The notes: a model not told the origin generated them from the sequence alone. A DNA stretch of 64,000 nucleotides from Octopus sinensis (GCF_006345805.1 NC_042998.1:158906001-158970000); one strand, 5' to 3'. Positions 41,548 through 55,775 are shown, counted from the stretch's first letter. Numbers and translations: made by a program.

Positions 41548-41759
41548 CTTGTTCTATTTCTATTCCTGAGCGCCATACTAATACATTTGTTTGTTTGTAC
41601 TCCACCTGCCTTCGTCTTTTGTTTATTTTCGTAAACCTTCCCGTTATATATATATATGTATATATATAATATAAATATTAGAAGAAAAACCAGAATCAAG
41701 TCAGAACGAGTATCTCAAGTTTGATTTTTCCTCTAATATAATATATGCATGGTATAACG

Positions 41760-41821
41760 GAATCCTAACACGGATCCCTAGATCTAGCTTTAGCTAGATC
41801 TAGGGATCCGTGTTAGGATTC
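41760..41821. repeat. Perfect palindrome with 30-bp arms and a 2-nt spacer
   Basis: GAATCCTAACACGGATCCCTAGATCTAGCT-tt-AGCTAGATCTAGGGATCCGTGTTAGGATTC. Confidence 0.95.
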
Positions 41822-41902
41822 TTGGAACCTAATGGTCGACCAAATATAACACTTACTCAGCGTAAGTGTTATTCGTTTAGATCAGAAGTGAGCTAAACCC
41901 CT

Positions 41903-42632
<730 letters not shown>

Positions 42633-42729
42633 TAATATTTTACTATAAAATTGGATTTAATCTTAAATCTGATTTTTTTCCCTGTAAATTTGGATTTATT
42701 CCCTAATATTTATTATATATATATATATA

Positions 42730-43086
42730 TGGATGGAAGCACTCCGTCGGTTACGACGATGAGGGTTCCGGTTGATCCGAATCAACGGAACAGCCTGCTC
42801 GTGAAATTAACGTGTAAGTGGCTGAGCACTCCACAGACACGTGCACCCTTAACGTAGTTCTCGGGGATAGGCCCCTTGAAATACAGGTACAACAGAAACA
42901 GGAAGTAAGAGTGAGAGAAAGTTGTGGTGAAAGAGTACAGCAGGGATCACCACCATCCCCTGCCGGAGCCTCGTGGAGCTTTTAGGTGTTTTCGCTCAAT
43001 AAACACTCACGACGCCCGGTCTGGGAATCGAAACCGCGATCCTATGACCGCGAGTCCGCTGCCCTAACCACTGGGCCATTGCGCCT

Positions 43087-43090
<4 letters not shown>
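42730..43090 (-). mobile_element. SINE family 3 (tRNA-like head on the minus strand, composite body)
   Basis: Reverse complement starts GGAGGCGCAATGGCCCAGTGGTTAGGGCAGCGGACTCGCGGTC..GGTTTCGATTCCC, containing A and B boxes. Confidence 0.75.
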
Positions 43091-43182
<92 letters not shown>

Positions 43183-43189
43183 ATGGTGC

Positions 43190-43231
<42 letters not shown>

Positions 43232-44679
43232 GGTGCATATATATATATGTTGCATATATACGTGTGTGTGTGTGGCCGCAGCTCTAGTTGAAATTACAGA
43301 AAGAATATATATATAATAACACCATCGGCGCCCAGCAAAGATTAGGAATAAACAAACTTCAATTTCGTTAAAATGTGTTTGGTATGTATTTCAACTTCTA
43401 AAGACAAATTCACAGCAGCACTTCCCGTGGAGAAACGATTCTTTCTGAAGGTAAAAGGTATAAAAACACCATATCTGCCCAGTGCTTCTCTTTACCAGAT
43501 TCCCAAACCGCTGTTTCTGGTTGGTATATAAATATATATATAAATATACATTATAGCTATATATATATATATATATGATATATTTCATTGCATAGCAGCT
43601 ATCTCTAATGAGACAGATGCCCAAACGCAAACGTGGAAGTACGTATAATACTACTACTAGTTGGCACAGGGTAAATCTGAAGGTGGACGAGCTATATATC
43701 GAACTCTACAACGTTCTTTACAGAATATACCATAACTGTGTGAGTGTGTGTGTGTGTATGTGCGTGCATGCTGCGCATGTGCGTGTGTGTATGTGTGTGC
43801 GTGTGTGTGGTGTGTTTGCGCGCGCGTGTGTGTGGTGTGTTTGCGCGCGCGTGTGTGTGGTGTGTTTGCGTGTGTTAGCGTGTTAGAGTGTTCGGTGAGT
43901 AATTATGTATTTTACTGCTATACATTGGAAGACAAAGATATTTAGATACTACAAAAGAACGTCTAACTATAATTTATCGTAGTTTCTAATTGATAATGCG
44001 TCGTTTATAGGTATAAACTTTTACCAATAAGAAACAACTTATACCTATATGTTCCTGCGGCGTCAGAGCAGCCCAACAAAAGTGACAAGATCATTGATGC
44101 TTTATAACCTGTTGATGATTCTATATCCTCAGTTGTCACTGTTCTTAGTGTTTAATGTTATACTCAGAATTTATATTTTCATCTGAAACTAACATCGCAA
44201 GTTTGTCAACAAATTTAACGTTTATTTCCTATCTGCTGAACGCTTTTCTTCACACACAACACAGAACGTTAAGATATGTCAATACTTGAAACGTTGGAGC
44301 GAAATCGCATTCATAATCTAGACCTAATTCATTAATAAATATTGGGACGTGATCCTTCATTAAATCTCCTAATAACTTTAACACCTTCACTTATACATAA
44401 TAAAAAAAAACCATTCCATCAAAACTCGCTCTAATTCTACCATTGTTTTCCTTTTACATTAATGTGTCTTTGAATTACTGTCAGAAGGAAGAAACAAACA
44501 AAGAAAATTAGGTGCTTCAGGTCTGTTTCTTAATGTCATAAATTATGGAAAAGCTAATTCTGTACAACTTCCTCACACTGTTTACTGATACACTGTTGTC
44601 AAGTATTTCTTCAAACGTTCAACGTTATTGTGTTGAGTCAAAAGTTTTGTTATATCTTGGTAAATTAATTGCTTTATTT

Positions 44680-45310
44680 GTCAATTTAAAACAAAAGCAG
44701 CCAAGCATTCGAAGTAGAAGCCAACGTGTTGCAGTGTCTGAAGCCAGTTTCTGTCTGTTCTTTGATTTCACACTGATACCCGTTCTCGTATTTTGGGGTG
44801 AAGAACGCCTTCACTGAAACTTCTACCTCGTCTTGGTTGATGAAGCGACACGAGCGCAGAAACTGAGCCATGGATAGGAACGAGTGATAAACTGAGGGTG
44901 TTAGGTCCGGACTATAAGCTGGGTGTAGCATCAGTCCAATTCTCTCATGTTCCGTCAATTCTCTCATGCCTAGTCGGTCAAGCGGTATTGAGGTCTTGTG
45001 TTACCTTGCTGCAGAACAGCTCGCTTTCTGTTAACTAATGCCGGACATTTTAGCCGCATCCACTCCAGCCGTTCGGAGCACAGGTTTGCATCGATGGTTC
45101 GGAACGATTTCGTAGTGAATTGTTCCATAATAATTCCACCAGACCCGGAGCATTACCTTATGTTCGAAACGCCCATTTTTAGCCACAGGTTCCAGAAGCT
45201 GGCCCTCGCTTAACTACTGCTTATGTATGTTAGGATTGCGGAAAATTATCTCCCTCGGATTATTATATGTTCCAATTCATGTCTCACTTTGAGCGCTAAC
45301 GAAGCTTCAT
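44680..45310 (-). mobile_element. Degenerate mariner transposase fragment
   Basis: LHPAYSPDLTPSVYHSFLSM motif (YSPDL). Confidence 0.85.
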
Positions 45311-45874
45311 CAACCAAGCAGAGGAGGAAGCTTCAGTAAAGGATTTATTCGCCTCGAAGGATAATAACTAGTATCAACGTGGGATCAAAGAACCGACAGA
45401 AAAGTGGTTACAGATAGTGCAAGACAACGGCCTCTACTTTGAATGCTACGCTGCTTTTGTTTTAAGTTGACAAATAAAGAAAACAAGTTAGCAAAATATG
45501 GCAAAACGTTTGACTCAGCACGATAGTTTTAATAGACAATGTCCGATATTTATACTCAACAAGAAGCCTTATTTTATTTAAGGGAATCATAGCTGAGGCT
45601 AGAAAGGAAGAAGTTGCAATAATAAATGGGACAAAGCAAATTTGAAAACCTTGCCCCTTTTTGTAATTAATACAGATAATGGTGCATATAAAACAAGTAG
45701 CACCAACAAACATTAAAAGCAGGTTGATGCGGTAAGTTGGTAAATTTGAGGTTAAAATTAGGTCAGTTGAAATTTGATTAAGGATGGAGCCAGATTAGTG
45801 GTTGCTGAATTAGCGATGGACGACCTATATATGTATATATATATATATACACATACATACATATACATACATAC

Positions 45875-45917
<43 letters not shown>

Positions 45918-45920
45918 TAT

Positions 45921-45956
<36 letters not shown>

Positions 45957-45957
45957 C

Positions 45958-45995
<38 letters not shown>

Positions 45996-46039
45996 CATAT
46001 ATATACATGGATACGCATAAACATTTACATACACGCATA

Positions 46040-46082
<43 letters not shown>

Positions 46083-46140
46083 AATAATCTATATATGCAT
46101 ACGTATATGCATATACTTACATCTACACACACACACACTC

Positions 46141-46171
<31 letters not shown>

Positions 46172-46948
46172 GCACGAAACGTGTAAAACAAAAAAATACA
46201 AAGCACGAGTACATGGAACATGAACTATTCTTTCAAACAACTAAAGACACAAATGGAAAACAAAACAAACAACATAAAGATCGACCTTTCATCAGCTGTT
46301 GGCTGTTTTTCTAGTCTCGTATTTCGAGCATTTAACAACAATATGCGCTTTCGATAAAACAGTTGCTCCCGCAAAGCAAATTAAAGAAAATGTGGAATTT
46401 TATGGAGGGTCAAAATTGGTAAAACAAGACAGTAAAAACAAACAGGAAGCGCTGCTAAGTCTAAACGTGGTTGCGGTGGCGAACGCGTAAATGAAGCTTG
46501 GACAGGAGACAAACAAGAACACGTCTTCCTTATTCCAGCTACAACGGAGAGAAAGAAAGAAACACAAGTTAGAAGAAAGATGGTCGATGGTCACGTGGGA
46601 ACCACTTGAACAAGGGAAAAGGAGTGAGGATGAGAGAGCGACAGAGTAATAGGAAAGAATAGAGAGAGAAGAGGAGGTAAGAGAATAAGAGAGAGAGTGA
46701 GAAAGAGAGAAAAACGAAAGAGTAAAATGATTGTATAGGGTGTGCATCAGAATTATTACGATAAAACTTACTTGGAAGAGGGTGCATAGCGTTCAGTCAT
46801 ATAATAATATACATAATGTATATATGTATGTGTATATATATATATATGTGCATATGTTGGCATGGGACGTCACGAAACGTATACAACAAAAAATTACGAA
46901 CCACGAGTACATGGAACATGAACTATTCTTTTGAACAACGAAAGACAC

Positions 46949-48214
46949 TGTTATATTATGGAAGGGAGAATTTAGTGAATCGATAGAAATCATTAATATA
47001 AACCAAAAGTAATAAGGACTGTTCTCGATGAACTAATCAATATAGTTATTTACAAAATGAGGGACCATACATAGTGCGTATCCAAACTTACCAAACATAA
47101 AGAACGACCCCGAGGAAAAGAGATCTTTCACAGATGCGTATTAAACATCCAATCCATTGGTATGTCAGTTGATTACCATAAAAATATGAGTATAATGCAC
47201 TTACAAAGATAAATCAAATAAAGAGATACTATTGACAATCTAATAATTTAATTATATTATAATAATATATGATATACGATAAATATAACATAACATAAAC
47301 AATTATTAAAAAAACATAAAGGCCAACAAATTGTTTCGACTTATATGAATTTTCTGATATACATACAGCTCTCTTATATATAAGTTACTTCAGGGCCATG
47401 GTTTAAAGATAGACTGTTGGATTGTAAAAGTTAATTCAAATGTCTATGCATTATGAACGTCGTGAGCGTTAACTATTCAATCACACATCAATTACAATTA
47501 AAAAACGACAAAAACACTCTAACGGACGATACAACCAAGTAAGTGCAATCCAGAACCAACGAATTTCACTTCATTACATCTCAAACACATACCAATCGAA
47601 ACTTTTCCATGTCCAAGACAGTCCCTCGTTACCACAACATACAACAAAATATGTGTGTATAAATATATATGTATATAATTAAGTATCTAAGTCTTCCCCT
47701 ATGTATAACTGCAACAAAAAAATATCTAAACAATTACATCTTCAATACAACTCTTCCGTTTATTTAAATTAATTGATATAAACAAATTATTGCCTAAATT
47801 AAGTAATAATAATCTATATTTATTGCTTTCTCGGAGGGAAAATTCTGTAGTAAATATGAATAGAAACCTAATATAAATTTTCCTTGTTTACTTAATTTAT
47901 CGTAGGGAGAATTCCGTAATAAACATTAATATAAACTTAACGCTGTAAATGCGATGATCAAAGTACCCCATAGATATATATATATATATTTAGGCTATAG
48001 TAATGGAAATCAAATTTACTAATTTTTTGGGGGGTTAACCAAATTTGAAGTTACTTAAAATAATGATTGTTATATTATGGAAGGGAGAATTTAGTGAATC
48101 GATAGAAATCATTAATATAAACCAAAAGTAATAAGGACTGTTCTCGATGAACTAATCAATATAATTATCTACAAAATGAGGGACCATACATAGTGCGTAT
48201 CCAAACTTACCAAA
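46949..48214. repeat. ~1.12-kb non-coding unit bounded by 147-bp direct repeats; contains one HHR relic
   Basis: 46949-47095 matches 48068-48214. The interior (~47110-47340) is related to 970-1150 and 3820-4090. Confidence 0.85.
47321..47397 (-). ncRNA. Degenerate hammerhead motif
   Basis: Reverse complement reads GGCC-CTGAAGt-a-ACTTATAT...ATATAAGT-c-GAAA-CAATTTG-TT-GGCC. Confidence 0.65.
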
Positions 48215-48642
48215 ACTTTCAGAAGTAACAAACATCATTGTTGTAATAAGAATACAATTTATAAATTATACAATACTATAATAATTATTATTTTGGTCAT
48301 TAAATTTAGTAAGTCAAATGAAACTAATTATTATCATTATTATTATCATAATTATCATAAATTAATTAATAAATGAAATAAGCGTATTTATACACCCATT
48401 CATTTAGTATAATGAAGACATCTTATTTCTGATATGTAATTAATATTAAATACTAGTATAATGATAAATTTATCAGTAACTACAAGAATATGCACGAAAA
48501 TGAAGAAATGTAGAATTACTTCACTAATAATCAATTTTCGAAATTAAGTTATATAGACTGAGATGACAAAACTCAAATATATACATATCTACGCACACAG
48601 ACACACATACATATATACACACATTCATATATATATATGTAT

Positions 48643-48684
<42 letters not shown>

Positions 48685-48816
48685 ATATACAAATACATTT
48701 ACACACAAATATAAATAGCCATATGATTACATGTTTATCATATGTAATCATATGGCTTTATATATATATATATATACAGGCAATGATGTAGCAGCATATA
48801 AAATTTTGTCTTGATG

Positions 48817-48892
48817 AATCTAGCTGAAGAGAACTAATCAAATTTACCTTAACAAGCGTATTTTGAAGAGTTCAAAACCTAGGTCTTAGATT
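48817..48892 (+). ncRNA. Hammerhead motif with G12>A change
   Basis: AATCTAG-CTGAAGA-GAAC...GTTC-aAAA-CCTAGG-TC-TTAGATT. Confidence 0.75.
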
Positions 48893-49253
48893 CTCCACAT
48901 TTAGGTTGTACATTTATCTAATGTTCTTGCTACGGGTAATATGAAACTTTTTATGTTCGCTACTCTTACACATCTTTGCCAGTATATATATACAGTGAAG
49001 CTTTACTATACCGTAGAATATATTATCGACTGCTATTTCTAGTAAATATTGGTGTATTGTTGTACCACTATTCTATATTTATGCTTTAACCTTATGGTGC
49101 TTTATTTTACTGGAAAGCAATACTATAGTATTGCACTATTTAATAATATTTTTCTTTGAAAACCTTTTCACTGTTCTCAGTTTTGTTAACGGCTAGGAGT
49201 CCAGGCAAATATACTGGCACTGATGTAGCAACATTTGAAATTTTGTCTTGGTG

Positions 49254-49329
49254 AATGTAGCTGCGGAGAACTAATCAAATTTACATTAATAAACATATTT
49301 TGAAGAGTTCGAAACCTAGGTCCTAGATT
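49254..49329 (+). ncRNA. Hammerhead motif with A6>C change
   Basis: AATGTAG-CTGcGGA-GAAC...GTTC-GAAA-CCTAGG-TC-CTAGATT. Confidence 0.75.
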
Positions 49330-49476
49330 TATCAAATGTTTTTCCTACAGGTAAGGTGGAATCTTTTATGTCTGCCGCCCTCACATATCTTTGCCAGTAT
49401 ATACATACAGTGGAGCTTTACTATAGCGTCGACTGCAATCTTCAATAAATATGGGTGCATTGTTCTACCACTATTA

Positions 49477-49800
49477 TCTCTCTATATATAAAACTGAGAA
49501 TGTCTGTCTGTCTGTGTGTTTCCCTAAAACTCGAGAACTACACAACCAATTTCATTCAAATTTTACACATGCCTTACTTAGGGTCCATGTAGTTTCATGG
49601 GCAAAAAAATATTCAACTTCTTGCCTAGGGCGAGCCCATAGCAATATCATATCTTCTCCACTATTTCAGTATTACGTGTGAAAAGTGAAACAAAAACATT
49701 TCTCTATTTTATGTCAGATACTTTCACTTTAACAATAAAAATTAGAGATAATAATAACAATTGAATTATATGTAGTAAGTAATAATTAAAATCAAACTAA
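49477..49800 (+). mobile_element. Helitron-like non-autonomous 5' segment (right boundary uncertain)
   Basis: A|TC..TATATATAAAA-(TGTC)n..AACCAATTTCATTCAAATTTTACAC pattern; it interrupts the 437-bp tandem repeat. Confidence 0.5.
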
Positions 49801-50344
49801 TGTATAATATAATAATTAAATCGTAACATAACAATTAAAAGTAAAAATAGCAATTGGTATAAAATTGCATCAATGACTTGAACTTGAATAAGTGGTTTCA
49901 CATGAATGGGAATAAATTAAAAATAATATTAATGTGCAGAAATGGAATAGTCCAGATGGAGCTGTGCACATACCATTTACCACAGCTTTTACATTAGATT
50001 ATCTGCTAATTAGCTAGCATGAAGTATCTATATGAAGTTTGGCTGTATGTAATGTCTGTTGTCTCGAACAGCCGCTTCTACTCTGTTGTTTGAAATTCTG
50101 CTATCGGTACGTTGATTTGTTGTTGTTACTGTAAATTTTGTTGTGAAAAACTTGTTATTTGCTTTCGTTTGAAAGCTACGTGTTGAAATTCCTCCCTGCG
50201 GGGGGAATTATTGTGTAGTTGTAAAGCAAACTTGTGCGAAAGGCTTGTTTAGCCAATTTTGGGGAAAAGCTTGTTTAAACGAATTTTCGTGAAAGGATTG
50301 TTTAAGCCAAAACTTTTTGCTTGTTGAAAGCCAACTTTGTGGAA

Positions 50345-51378
50345 ATGGAAACTCCCATTCCATACTCACCTGTGTCAGGTGAAGAAAACTCACCGACGGT
50401 ATCGCCTAAAACGAATGCAGCCCCAACGAAGAAATTTGCTGAAGTGGCAGGGAAGAAAGAGAGAAAGCTAAATATCGAAAAGAGTAACCTGGAAAAATAT
50501 ATGTCAAACTTGAAGAAAGAAGGCACGGAAGTCATAGTAATATCGAACGAGAACACAACCGAGGCAGTTAACAAAAGGAGAATCATTTACAAGACGTATA
50601 ACGTTGGTATTAGACGAAAAGATAAATATTCTCCAGGCTTCGGTAGAGGAAGAGGAGCACTGGAAGGGCCAATGCCTAACAATGGCTATACAAGCCGAAG
50701 TTCAAACCCTGGAAGAAATTCCAGAGGTCATAAGAATCAGCGAAGAAGAAAAACTAATAGTCTTTGTGGAGGGCAGGAAGCCAAGATGCTTCAGCTGTGG
50801 CATGAAGGGGCATATAAGAGCAGAATGCCAGCCAAAGGAAAAACCTCAAGAAACATCACCACCAGAAACAAAAGAATCATCAGAGTCAACACCGAATGAA
50901 TCGCCAGAGACAACACCGAATGAATCACCAGAAACATCACCCAAAGAAGCATCAACGACCAAAGAAACACCAGAGAAGGAAAAATGCGAAGAAAATGAAA
51001 AAGAGGAGGAGGGGTGGTCAACGATTTCCAAGAAAATGAGGAAAAGCAAACAACAGAGACCACCCCTCACAAATTGAACCTGAAAAGGAAGCAGAAGTGT
51101 GTCAATACGTTTATGGTCATTAGGGCATCTAATAATAGACTCATGAATCGGTTGGCAGCAATGTCAACGGTTAAAAAGTGGACAAAACCACATCAAAAGA
51201 CTTTGTAATATATAGAATAGGCCGGAAGGATTACGGACGGATAAAGTCCGAATTTTATCACGACGTAGGCCCTCTAAGGATGGGTATCTCACCATACATA
51301 TACGAGGGGCTGTGTCAAAATCCGCCACGGGCCCGGGAAAAAGATAAAAAAAAAGACGAAGATGAGCCGAACCACTGA
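50345..51378 (+). pseudogene. LINE ORF1 (gag-like, zinc knuckle), internally deleted and frameshifted
   Basis: KKFAEVAG..IIYKTYNV, then FVEGRKPRCFSCGMKGHIRAEC (CX2CX4HX4C), TPNESPET repeats and a GWSTI motif. Confidence 0.85.
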
Positions 51379-51391
51379 TATGACGTAAGTT

Positions 51392-54300
51392 ATGGCTAGC
51401 ATTTATGTCGGTTGTATAAATGTGTGTGACCTGAGATCAAGCTGGAAGCAAGGACGCTTCCTTAATGATATCAGGTCGCGGAATTTGGATGTTATTGTTG
51501 CTACAGAAACCCGGTTAGAGGAGCCAAGAGATCTGCTCCCGCTGTTGAAAAGCTACGAGAGTTTTTTTCTCTCCAGGCAGTCCTACCAGCAGGAGTGGAG
51601 TGTTGGTCCTATTAAAAAGAAACCGGGTTTTTGAGAAACAATTATTTTTTTCAGATCCAGAAGGTAGGCTGGTCGTCATGGATTTGACGTTCAGAAACGG
51701 TAAAGTTATCAGACTGGTTGCAATTTATGCACCCTCATCATCATCTGGGCAAAGTGAGTATTTTCAAGAGCTAGAGAAGTTTCTTAATACTTCACATTCA
51801 TTAGTTGTGCTAGGAGACTACAACACAATTTACGAGCGAGAGTAGATTATGTTGGCTCGTGTACAGATAGAAAGGGTAACCCTGGCTTCCTGGAACTGCT
51901 AAGACGCTTTGAGCTAGCAGATCCTTAGAGGTTGGATTTTCCGAACGCTCCATTGTGGACATGGTCAAATAGCGACGGATCTTCCAGGTCTTACATAGAT
52001 AGAATACTAATTAGAAAAACAGATAGAGAAATAGCTAAGTGTCCACTGTTTTACCCGGTCAGCTACAGTGACCATAAAATGGTCACCTGTAAGCTTGGAA
52101 ACTTAATACGTCTCTTTTGGCGATTAAGGAGTACAGAGACCGGATTAGGACTTTGATTCAGAGGGAGCTATCTGATGCCATCATTAATAATAAATGGTGG
52201 TATGCTCTCAAGCGAGCCATAAAATTCGAGTCTATTAGATATAGCATAGGATTAGTGGCTAGAGAGGCTAGGAGGGGATCAACTCTAGTTAAGGACTTAG
52301 AAAGCCATGAAAACTGGCTCTACGGCTCAGGTGACGGCCAAGAGACTGGCGTTAAACCAGCACCTCGAGGCCAAACACATGGGCTGCATTGTCAGGGCTA
52401 GGATCCGCGTAGTGGGTTGTGAGGGAATCAACGCTGCAGGATGGGCCCGAGTGGTGGATGCTCAACGTGGTAATGATGTCACAATTCGATCTTTGACGAA
52501 CCAACAAGGTAAGTTGATAGACGAACCCGAGAAGATGTGTGAGGCTTTTCAGGAGCACTTCGCTCAGCTTTTCGGTGGGGCGGTGGAACAGATAGTAGGA
52601 GGGACTTTACGGACCTCCTCGACGGGCTGCCGCGCCTATCGGGGCGAGACGCGGGAGAGCTTTGAAGGGCCGATCATGCCTGAGGAGGTGGCTGAGGCTA
52701 TGGCGGGTTGCGGCGCAGGTAAGGCGCAGGTAAGACTACCCTATGAGTTATATAAGAGTATGCCAGACTTGTTCGGGCACCTACTGGCGGAGGTGTACGC
52801 GAACTGGCAGCTGAACGGGTTTATTCCCAGATCTGTGCGCCGGGGAGTAGTGACGCTTGTCAGAAAGGACCTGGACAAGGGGGATTGTATTGATAATTTT
52901 CGGCCCATCACTCTGCTAAACACAGAGTTGAAGATTTTGGCCAAAGTGTTGTCGAAAAGATTGGCGCGTGTCGCGGATGGTCTGATCGGGGAGGAACAGA
53001 CATGTGCCGTTCCCAGCAGAACCATTCAGGATAATGTCCATCTTATGCGGTACACTTTAGAGGGGTTTAATAGTGATTCTGGCAAGGGTGGGGCACTGGT
53101 CCATTTAGACCAATCTAAGGCTTTTGATAGGGTTGACTATCGCTACCTGGTGTCCGTTCTGGCACAGTTCGGCCTGGGTCTTGGTTTCCTCAGGTGGATC
53201 ATTCAGATTTACGACAACATCGACTCGGTAGTTCGGGTGAACGACTTCTTATCGAAGCCGTTCAACATCAAACGCTCGGTTCGTCAAGGGTGTCCGCTCT
53301 CCCCGCTTTTGTACGTGATGGCTCTTGAGCCATTACTGCGAAAATTGAGCGGCATCCCGAGACAGCCAGGTTGTGGAAAACCGGTGTCAGCTTACGCGGA
53401 TGACATCACCATCATCGTAACCGAAATGGATCACCTACAGAGGGTAGGCAAGGCCATAGAGGTTTACGAGACGGTGGCAGGAGCAAAAGTTAATCATGAA
53501 AAGTCAGTCGGCTTGCAGCTCGGCACCTGAAGAGGCAAGTCGATGCCTCCTGACAGCGTCGTGAGACGTTGGACGGAGGGTCCGATTAAGTTGCTAGGGG
53601 TTTGGTTTGGACCAGACCTCCAAATAGAGAAGAACTGGGCCGAGGTATCGAGCAGGGTGGCTCCAGTAGTCAACACCTGGTCTTGGCGGTGGCTATCCCT
53701 GAAAGGAAGGGCGGATGTAGCCAATGTGTTCATCGCATTGGTCATCACCTACCGCCTATCCGTCGTTCCTTGCCCTGATTCGTGGTTGATCAACCTGGAA
53801 AGACAGCTCTTTCACTTTTTGTGGAGGAGCTCGAAACCGCTTGTGAAACGCTCTACTTGCTGTCAAAAACCGTTAAAGGGTGGGCTAGGGCTGCCTTGGC
53901 TGTTGATGCGGAGACATGCGCTGAGGTTGAGGCATCTGTGGCTCTACCTGGATGGTGAACGGGTGTGGTCTCCGCTGGCAAAACTGATGTTTCCCAAGTT
54001 CACTAGTTTCGGTGGATGGGAAACCTAGTTGAATCGAAGATCAAAACTGGGCACATGGTTTACGGAGTGTCGCAAGGCTCTCCTGCTATTCCGTCGCTCG
54101 GGCAACGCCTGCGGTGGGGGTTCCACCACATTCTTTTATAGAGGGCTGGTAGAGGCGGAATGTGACGATACTTTAGGGGAGACCCTAGGTCTCGATGATA
54201 ATCAGCTGGCCAGTCTGTTCCGACGTACATGCGGGCCGAAGACCCTGGACAACTTTCAGAAGTTTCTGGCATGGCAATGTTACAGAGGAGCTCTACTTGT

Positions 54301-54805
54301 TCGGGACAAACTCACAAGGCATGGTGGCCGAGGCAATCCGACATATCCAAGATGCGAGCGGGATAGGGAAACCGTCCCGCATGCTATTGCTCAATGTTCG
54401 GAGGTGTCAGAGATGTGGGTTTATGCCGAACAACTGTTGTCAAACACACGAAGAGTACAGCTGTCGACTGAGTCTATTGTAAAAATTGACCCACCGGATT
54501 TTCTCTCGAAAGAAGGTAAGAATTGTTTTCTCGTTGTAGTTGCAATTGCGAGAGAGGTGATTTGGAAGACGAGGCTGAAAGGTATAGAGTCAGGCAATTT
54601 TATCTCTAGCCCTGGATTGATGAATTACTCCATCTTCCACCTGAAAAAGAAAAGAGGGCTGGAGAGAAAATGCCTGACTGAGAAAGTTCGAAAATCGACG
54701 GAAGAATGTAGCACAGATGTTGCGTATGAATGGTACCACATAAATGTGAGACAGAATGAAACCAAGGTATCAGTGGCGAGGCGGGGCACGTGGGGTCCGA
54801 GTTAA
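51392..54805 (+). pseudogene. LINE ORF2: APE endonuclease + reverse transcriptase + C-terminal Cys/His remnant; several frameshifts and stops
   Basis: GCINV..ATET, AIYAP, LGDYN, SYIDRIL..YSDH; NFRPITLLNTELKILAK, LDQSKAFDRV, RQGCPLSPLLY, AYADD; PRC..ETVPHAIAQC. Confidence 0.93.
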
Positions 54806-55010
54806 CCCCCCCCCCACTCCATCCGTAATGTCTTCCGGTCTGTCCCATCATCCGATTTTTTCGATTTTATTGTGATTCGTAATTATGAGTAAAACTTTTT
54901 AAATTCATCATCTATGTAAAATCATTCGTAAATCTGACCCCAAATCAGATTGTGGTGTCTCCTCTTTGTTCGCCCCTTGTGGGTAATAAAAAATTACAGC
55001 CGCTTCTACT

Positions 55011-55775
55011 GAGTACTGCTTTTTGATTCACCGTAAGTTTTGTTGTTATTATTATTATTGTTTAACTATTGTTATCACGTTTGTTGGTTCCTTGTAAGGG
55101 AAACGTTGTTGTGTCGCATTTGTTAAATAATTGTAAACCGTAACCCTCCCCCTTTGGGAGAAGGAGCTTTGGCTATTGTTTAAAAATTGAATTGTGTCCC
55201 TGCTTGGAGAAATTGACAATATTTTCACCGTTTATACGGAAGCATTTTTATTAAAATGTCTTCGATAGAAGAAAGTCCAAAAATGAATTTCGCTGCAGCC
55301 GTCGGCGGGCGCGAACTCATTAAAATTAAAATGGAAGAAATACAAACCTATTTCGGATTGATCACTAACAAAGACGGTGAATCTAGGATAACACCACCAA
55401 ACGAAATAAAAAATTAAATTAAAGAAAAGACTATTGTCTATAAAGTATACAATGTAGAGAAAAAAAAAGATTTGAACACCTGGAGGAAAGCACCTTCGAA
55501 AAGTGTCTTGGTGCGACTATGAAAGATATCTAACCCGAGACAGTAAATTCGCCACAATAGAAGCAAGGTTCGAGTCAACGGAGCGTGCAAGGGAGTACTT
55601 GACTCGAACCTTGCAAAGTGGAAATATTTTATTTTTACCTTTATATCTGGGACGTAGGACGTCCCGGATAAAAATTTAAAATGTCTCCCCAGAAGTAGAG
55701 GTAGACTGGATTGTAGTTACACTTCTATACAAGGAGGACAAGATACAATTGATCGAAATTGCAAGAGACGGGCCT
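55011..55775 (+). mobile_element. 5' UTR and ORF1 N-terminus of a second, related Tx1/L1-type element (3'-truncated)
   Basis: MSSIEESPKMNFAAAVGGRE..KEKTIVYKVYNV resembles KKFAEVAG..KRRIIYKTYNV of the upstream element, and continues FATIEARF..LFLPLYLGRRTSRIKI. Confidence 0.8.

Larger units (their letters stand above)
48772..49476 (+). repeat. Older ~437-bp tandem repeat (~1.6 units); one mutated HHR per unit
   Basis: GGCA(A/C)TGATGTAGCA..AAATTTTGTCTTG occurs at ~48779 and ~49216, and the units have diverged. Confidence 0.88.
50083..54995 (+). mobile_element. Full-length degenerate Tx1/L1-type non-LTR retrotransposon
   Basis: ORF1 with CCHC knuckle, ORF2 with APE + RT, 3' AATAAAAAA. Bounded by the identical 15-mer ACAGCCGCTTCTACT at 50068-50082 and 54996-55010. 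Confidence 0.93.

Noticed and set aside
43010-43090. tRNA gene
   Set aside because: It has A and B boxes but no proper acceptor stem and continues into a SINE body.
46170-46400. CTGATGA in a dispersed repeat (also ~740 and ~39830) as a hammerhead or HDV-like ribozyme
   Set aside because: No consistent stems I, II and III or nested pseudoknot across the three copies.
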